Shown one piece after another: positions 58,849 to 64,000 of a DNA stretch of 64,000 bases. How positions within the stretch are numbered: the first letter of the stretch is position 1; each line of letters begins with the position of its first letter. A program made the translations under genes and the position numbers. The notes beneath the pieces are model-generated. The model saw only the letters and a list, made by a program, of their open reading frames with translations. It did no database searches and was not told the DNA's origin. The stretch is from an uncultured delta proteobacterium (GTDB lineage Bacteria; Desulfobacterota; RBG-13-43-22): contig CAWDKY010000032.1 of the NCBI GenBank assembly GCA_963802945.1, positions 1 through 64,000 on the forward strand. Reading direction: 5' to 3'.

Positions 58849-60150
58849 TCAGCTTTCTACTTCTTCTCGTATGGGCACCCAGAACATTAGCAGCATGGCC
58901 GGGATTGAGGCGCCAAATGCAATGAGAAACATGTTCAGATACCCCATATGCTCCACAATAACCCCGCCGAATCCTCCGAAAAAGGTGGAAAAAATAGACA
59001 TGACCGCCGAGCCTACGGCATAGTGTGAGGCCTTGAATTCCGGTTTACAGGTGCGCAGAATATAGACGATCAACACGGCGTTACCCAGCCCGGCCGCCAT
59101 TTGTTCGTAACAATGCACTGCGGCAATGACGGCCAAACCGAAATGCGTGGCCGCTGAAGGAAGGGACCAGGCCAGCCAGACATAAGCCCAGATATTGAAG
59201 TTCATGAGGATGGTCAAAGGCCAGATGGCTTTTTTCAACCCTTTCTTCTTGATCCATATCCCACCAATGGACGTTCCGGCAATAGCCCCCAGCGCACCCA
59301 AAATCCCGCCAAGCCAGGAAAGCTGGGCCTTGGTCACGCCCAACTCTCGCATAAGAAACGGCGTGCCCATGGAAAATAGGATCTCATCCCCGATTTTATA
59401 GGTAATGATGAAGATAATAACCAGGGCCACTTTCTCCTGTTCAAAGTAGGTGCTGAAGGCGCGGCCGAAATCTCGTGTAATCCCGGAAAACGATCGCACC
59501 GCCTGAGGACGATCTTTCTCGAATCGGGGAAGCTGCCAGGTATGAAAAAGCGTGACCAGGAGCATAGTAACGGCAGCCGCCCCGAAGGCATAACCCCAGG
59601 GCCGGTATTTATCAGCCCCGCCGAGTCTGGCAGCAGCAAAGGCCGCCAAAGCCACAAATCCACTGCGGACCAGGATAACCGCCAATCTGTAAGCAAAAAC
59701 GCGGTATCCGGTATAGGCGGCCTGTTCCTTGGGGTCGGTCAGGCCTTCCATATAGTATCCGTCAATGGCGATGTCGTTGGTCGCCGAGAGGAAGGCCAGA
59801 ACAATAAAGGTCCCCGCAATGATGGCCAGGATCAAGCCGGCATCGGTTTGATGCGTGGCGATAAAACAGCAGTATGAAACCCCGATGATCAGCAGACTGA
59901 TGCCGGCCTGCACCGCGATCATCCAGGTCCGTTTCTTTCCAATGATGTCCAAAAAGGGGGCCCAGAGGAATTTCAGATTCCAGGGTATGCCGAGAAAATT
60001 CAAATAACCGATGTAACGTTCCTTCAATCCGATATCGGTAAAGAAGACCGACGAAAGTATCCGAATGATCGCATAGGGCAGGCCTTCGGCCAGGTAGGTG
60101 CTGAAAACCCAGACACCGGGTTTATTTACAGGTTGTTGAAAACGGCCCAT
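58849..60150 (-). CDS. AmpG-like MFS permease
   Basis: YLAEGLP, KFLWAPFLD and SATNDIAIDG. The present start codon lies inside a repeat element. Confidence 0.85.
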   Translation of the reverse strand: MGRFQQPVNKPGVWVFSTYLAEGLPYAIIRILSSVFFTDIGLKERYIGYLNFLGIPWNLKFLWAPFLDIIGKKRTWMIAVQAGISLLIIGVSYCCFIATHQTDAGLILAIIAGTFIVLAFLSATNDIAIDGYYMEGLTDPKEQAAYTGYRVFAYRLAVILVRSGFVALAAFAAARLGGADKYRPWGYAFGAAAVTMLLVTLFHTWQLPRFEKDRPQAVRSFSGITRDFGRAFSTYFEQEKVALVIIFIITYKIGDEILFSMGTPFLMRELGVTKAQLSWLGGILGALGAIAGTSIGGIWIKKKGLKKAIWPLTILMNFNIWAYVWLAWSLPSAATHFGLAVIAAVHCYEQMAAGLGNAVLIVYILRTCKPEFKASHYAVGSAVMSIFSTFFGGFGGVIVEHMGYLNMFLIAFGASIPAMLLMFWVPIREEVES

Positions 60151-60337
60151 CTACTTTGTTGCCCTCATCCCTCGTTATTGCGGCGTACTATTATGTACGC
60201 CTCATTCCTCTGGATTTCTTCGCGTAAAAGACAACGCTCAGTCCCACCCCTTCGAGACGGGTTCCGGGTTTCGGGTGCCTCGTATCTGGACCTTTTTGAG
60301 CAACCCGTGAAAAACGAGATTTTCCGAAATCTGTTAA
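60126..60337. mobile_element. MITE-like dispersed element, copy 3, inserted at the AmpG-like gene start
   Basis: AGGTTGTTGAAAACGGCCCATCTA..CCTTTTTGAGCAACC..CTGTTAA, collinear with 1978-2162. Confidence 0.8.
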
Positions 60338-60340
60338 GAT

Positions 60341-60964
60341 TCATAAAGAGGGTTGGATCGCCACAATGGCCGCCGCCAATTCTTCCAAGCCGAAAGAAAA
60401 GAAATGATCCGCTCCTTCAATAATTTTTAAGGGTGGGGAGGATGGCATCAATCGAATTACATTCTGGATATTAAGAATAGGGGCATAAGGGTCCTGATCG
60501 CCGACAACGATCAGACGGGTTTTAGTATCCTGAGCCAAAAAAGAAAAATCCATCATACCGGCCGGAGGCGAAACCAGGATCGATCCCTGAACATCCGGAT
60601 GGGTCAAGCCCGCCCGGACACTGACCCAGGCCCCGAAAGAATAACCGGCCAGGACAATGTGTTGTAGGCCCAAGCCTTTCAGATAGGCCATGGCCGCCGA
60701 AACATCGTCTGCCTCCCCTGCCCCTTGATCAAAATCCCCTTGGCTTCGGCCTACCCCGCGGAAGTTAAAACGTAAGCTCGTCCAACCCGACTCTTCAAAC
60801 GTCCGGGCGATGAGGCCAACAACATGGTTGTACATGTCACCACCATACAGAGGATGGGGATGAGAGACGACAACGGCTTTGGACAATTCACCTTGGGTCA
60901 GGAGCCCTTCCAGATAAAGGGACCCCGAAGGAAACAGAATCTTTTTTGCTGATCCGGCTTCCAT
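60341..60964 (-). CDS. Alpha/beta hydrolase
   Basis: HPHPLYGG, FNFRGVG, GYSFG and GADHFF. Confidence 0.92.
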   Translation of the reverse strand: MEAGSAKKILFPSGSLYLEGLLTQGELSKAVVVSHPHPLYGGDMYNHVVGLIARTFEESGWTSLRFNFRGVGRSQGDFDQGAGEADDVSAAMAYLKGLGLQHIVLAGYSFGAWVSVRAGLTHPDVQGSILVSPPAGMMDFSFLAQDTKTRLIVVGDQDPYAPILNIQNVIRLMPSSPPLKIIEGADHFFSFGLEELAAAIVAIQPSL

Positions 60965-60985
60965 AAAATTCCTTCCATTTGCGGA

Positions 60986-62403
60986 TTACACGTCGGCAAT
61001 TTGCCTGTTTTTCTTATAGCCGGTCCTCGTATACCTCAATAACATCCCCGGGCACGTCTTTGACGGTGACGCGCGCTCCCTGCTTGCGGAGGGTGTCTTG
61101 CAGCAGCTTTCACATCCAGTTTCCTCGGGGTCACATTATGACGGGCGGCCAGGGCGGCGGCGGTGCCGGCTGCCTGGCCAGTGCACATGCTGGGGGCGCA
61201 ATACCGGTCTGCGGCAAAGGCGTAGAAATCGGCCGAGATGGTGGCGCCGGCGGCCAAAAGGTTGTCCGTTTCGTTGGAGACCAGACAGCGATAAGGAATA
61301 TCGTGGGGCCGCACTACTTCATAGACGTGTTCACCATCAGGACCATAGATGTCCGGGCCCATATTGCTGACGGCAATGGAGTCGTCGAAAGCCCTGCCTT
61401 CATAAATGTCTTGCTCCGACAGGACATATTCCCCCAATATCCGGTGGGTATCCCTGAAGATGGGGATGGTGGCCGTCTTTTCCACCGAAGAATGTTCGAA
61501 CCCAGGGATATTGTCCTTGAGCAGATGAAAGGCGGACCAGACCTGTTTTCTGAGATCCATTTCCCCGGCCGTTACATCCTCGATCATCCAACCATGATGC
61601 CCCACCGCCAGGGGATAGTTGAAGCCTTCAATCATGGCGATTCCGGGTTTAGGGGTATGGACGATCAAAGTTTCGCGGTAGCCGTGGTATCGTCCGTCAG
61701 CCTTGGCCTTTTGAACCATGCTCTTACCACCATACAAGCCGCCCCATTCTTCCGGGTTTTCTTTTTTAAATCTGTTAAATCTTTCGGCATCCACACCGCT
61801 GATATAAAAACGGCAGCCGAAACCCATATGCCGGCCTTTCTTTGGTCCCCGGCCGTGTCCCTCATCCAGGCAGGGCGTGCCGGATTTCCAGGCGATGTCG
61901 GCGTTTCCTGTGGAATCGACGATGACTTTGCCCAGGATAGCGAATCTGCCCTGGATGCACTCGATAAAGATGCCTTTGAGGGCATTGTTTTCCTTGATCG
62001 CCCCGACGCCGGAGGTATGATACAGCAGCTTCACCTTCGCCTCGGACATCATATCGTCCAGAACCACTTTGTAGCATTCGCAATCGAAAGTGGTGGAAGT
62101 AAAGGCCCGATCCCGGGTTCGTGCAGCGGCATCTCTTAAAATGCCCCCGTCGGCCCTGAGCCGATTAACCACATCGGTAATAATGCCGCCCTGTATGGCC
62201 GGGTCAAGAAGTGAGAAGGTACTGCTCATACTGTGCGTCTGCATGCCTCCCAAGGCACCGAACTTTTCAATGAGTATGGTCTGCGCGCCGTTCCGGGCAG
62301 AGGCTAGGGCTGCGCCGATCCCGGCCGGTCCGCCGCCGACGACAATAACATCCGCTTCAACAAAAACGGGAATATTTTTTTGCGGCTCCATGATGGTCTT
62401 CAT
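60986..62403 (-). CDS. FAD-dependent oxidoreductase; apparent frameshifts near 61109 and 61020 at the C-terminus
   Basis: VGGGPAG, DSTGNADI, IPYRCL and TGQAAGTAAAL. The corrected tail LLQDTLRKQGARV matches the paralogue upstream. Confidence 0.88.
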
Positions 62404-62471
62404 AGGCATTCTCCTTGGCTGAGGTAATAGGTATAATTGGGTATACGATTACACATCTAAGATTGAAACTC

Positions 62472-64000
62472 TTAATACTTTCCTAAATCTTCTTCGGAAA
62501 TAAGAACTTCTTTGGTTCTTCTGGCCACGATCTTGGCCTGTTGAATAAATTGATACGGTTCAAGGGCCTCTGGGGGAACCTCTTTCACACTAACGCGGAC
62601 GCCCTGCTTACGAAGGGCTTCCTGAACCAATTTTGCATCAAGTTTTTTCGGCGTCACATGATTCTTGACGGCCAGGGCCGCGGCCGTGCCGGCTGCCTGA
62701 CCGGTACAGATAGAAGGTGTACAGTATCTGATGCCGGCAGCGCCAAAAGCACCGGCCGAAATGATAGCGCCGGCGGCCATAAGGTTTTCCACTTCTTTAG
62801 AAACCAAAGAACGGTAAGGAACGTCGTAGGGCAGGATGTCATAAGCAAACCGGCCCGACACTTCATAGACGTCAGGCGGCATATTGCTGATGGCTACAGC
62901 GTCCTCAAATATTTTGCCTTGGCGCATATCCCCGTAGGTCAGAACGTGTTCGCCGATGAGTCTGTGCTGGTTGCCCCATAGGGCGAACTGTGGAAATCGG
63001 TCGATGTAGGAGTTCTCAAATCCGCCGACGTTTTCCTTAAGAGCCTTGTGGATAGCAACAGCCTGCTTCCTCATGTCTATCTCCCCGGCCGTCAGATCTT
63101 TGGTACTCCAGCAGGCTTCGCGCGCCGCGTAAAGCAAGGTCATGATCCAAATCTTACCGCTTTGATGCATATCCCAGTTCTGGGAAACGATAATTTTATC
63201 GACAATAATATATTCTCCCGCTGCTTTTGCCTTGGCGAGGACCTTTGCTGCGCCGTACATGCCGGACCAGTCGTCCTTGTTGGCTACTCGAAAGGCGTCG
63301 AATTTGGTCTGGTCAACGCCTCCGATATAGAATGTGCTCAAATAACCACTCTGGCGGCCTTTGTTTTTTCCGGCAGGATAACCTTCATCGCCGCTGCAGG
63401 GCGCCCTGGATTTCCATATCATGTCCCCTGTACCCGTCGTGTCAACAACTACTTTTCCCAAAACCGCCCTCCGGCCTTCCTTGCCTTCAACGATAACGCC
63501 TTTAAGCAAGTTTTCTTCCCTGATAGCGGCCACGGCAAAGGAATGATATAACAATTTGACGCCTGCTTCGGCCATGAGACCGTCAAGCATATACTTGTAG
63601 TACTCCGGGTCAAAACAATAGCCCCAGCGCCCCCACCAGCCGACTTCGGTTTCAACCATTCGCTTCGGCAATTTATCGGCGCCCAACGTTGCCATAAAAA
63701 CGTCCTTCATCGGGGCTCGTGTTTCCGGAGGCAACTGCTCTGCGGTCAGCATAGCCCCGGCATCTTTGAGACGCCCCAGGAACTCCTGAATGATCCCGGA
63801 ATGCAGTTCAGGATCGACAAAAGCGAACATTGAGTTTTGTCCCTGCGTTTGGAGTCCGCCCAAACTGCCAAACCGGTCTATAAGAATTGTCTGGGCGCCG
63901 GTTCGCGCCGCGGCTAAAGCTGCCCCTATGCCCGACGGCCCGCCGCCGACAACAACGACATCAGCTTCATCAAGAACGCTGATCTCTCGTTGCGGTTCAA
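62472..64000 (-). CDS. FAD-dependent oxidoreductase, paralogue of the adjacent gene (5' end beyond window)
   Basis: Frame is open to the edge: EPQREISVLDEADVVVVGGGPSG..DTTGTGD..VPYRSL..TGQAAGTAAAL. Confidence 0.9.
   Translation of the reverse strand, partial: EPQREISVLDEADVVVVGGGPSGIGAALAAARTGAQTILIDRFGSLGGLQTQGQNSMFAFVDPELHSGIIQEFLGRLKDAGAMLTAEQLPPETRAPMKDVFMATLGADKLPKRMVETEVGWWGRWGYCFDPEYYKYMLDGLMAEAGVKLLYHSFAVAAIREENLLKGVIVEGKEGRRAVLGKVVVDTTGTGDMIWKSRAPCSGDEGYPAGKNKGRQSGYLSTFYIGGVDQTKFDAFRVANKDDWSGMYGAAKVLAKAKAAGEYIIVDKIIVSQNWDMHQSGKIWIMTLLYAAREACWSTKDLTAGEIDMRKQAVAIHKALKENVGGFENSYIDRFPQFALWGNQHRLIGEHVLTYGDMRQGKIFEDAVAISNMPPDVYEVSGRFAYDILPYDVPYRSLVSKEVENLMAAGAIISAGAFGAAGIRYCTPSICTGQAAGTAAALAVKNHVTPKKLDAKLVQEALRKQGVRVSVKEVPPEALEPYQFIQQAKIVARRTKEVLISEEDLGKY

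Noticed and set aside
60979-62139. Long plus-strand ORF of 386 aa (also 19488-20246 and 58023-58733)
   Set aside because: These are antisense shadows of well-supported minus-strand genes and have no motifs.

Overview
Chromosomal window from a probable anaerobic Desulfobacterota (deltaproteobacterial) genome. The assignment is inferred from gene content and repeat families. The minus strand from 1-31 kb carries, in coordinate order: a three-subunit xanthine-dehydrogenase-family molybdoenzyme operon; a galT-glgA-histidine kinase-response regulator-ThiS-like run; a GT2; a GntR-led B12 operon (divergent acyl-CoA mutase, radical SAM/PDZ/DUF512-like protein, B12-binding subunit, crotonase, MmgE/PrpD, CoA transferase, MeaB); and an envelope glycoconjugate cluster. 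The plus strand from 31.5-42.9 kb carries a che operon ending in a REC-GGDEF, then ndk, a lytic transglycosylase and a small Cys-rich ORF. The rest is mixed: ThiI/MnmA-like, vapBC, multi-PAS HD-GYP, glutaminyl cyclase, rubrerythrin, arfB, acetolactate decarboxylase, ABC and AmpG transporters, and two FAD oxidoreductases. I saw no rRNA, tRNA, CRISPR array or transposase. Intergenic DNA is dense with MITE/REP-like elements and 7-8 nt repeat hairpins. Several genes carry single-base frameshifts, mostly in short homopolymers and probably sequencing errors. The best candidate for an undescribed system is the B12 mutase plus DUF512-type radical SAM operon at 11735-21371.
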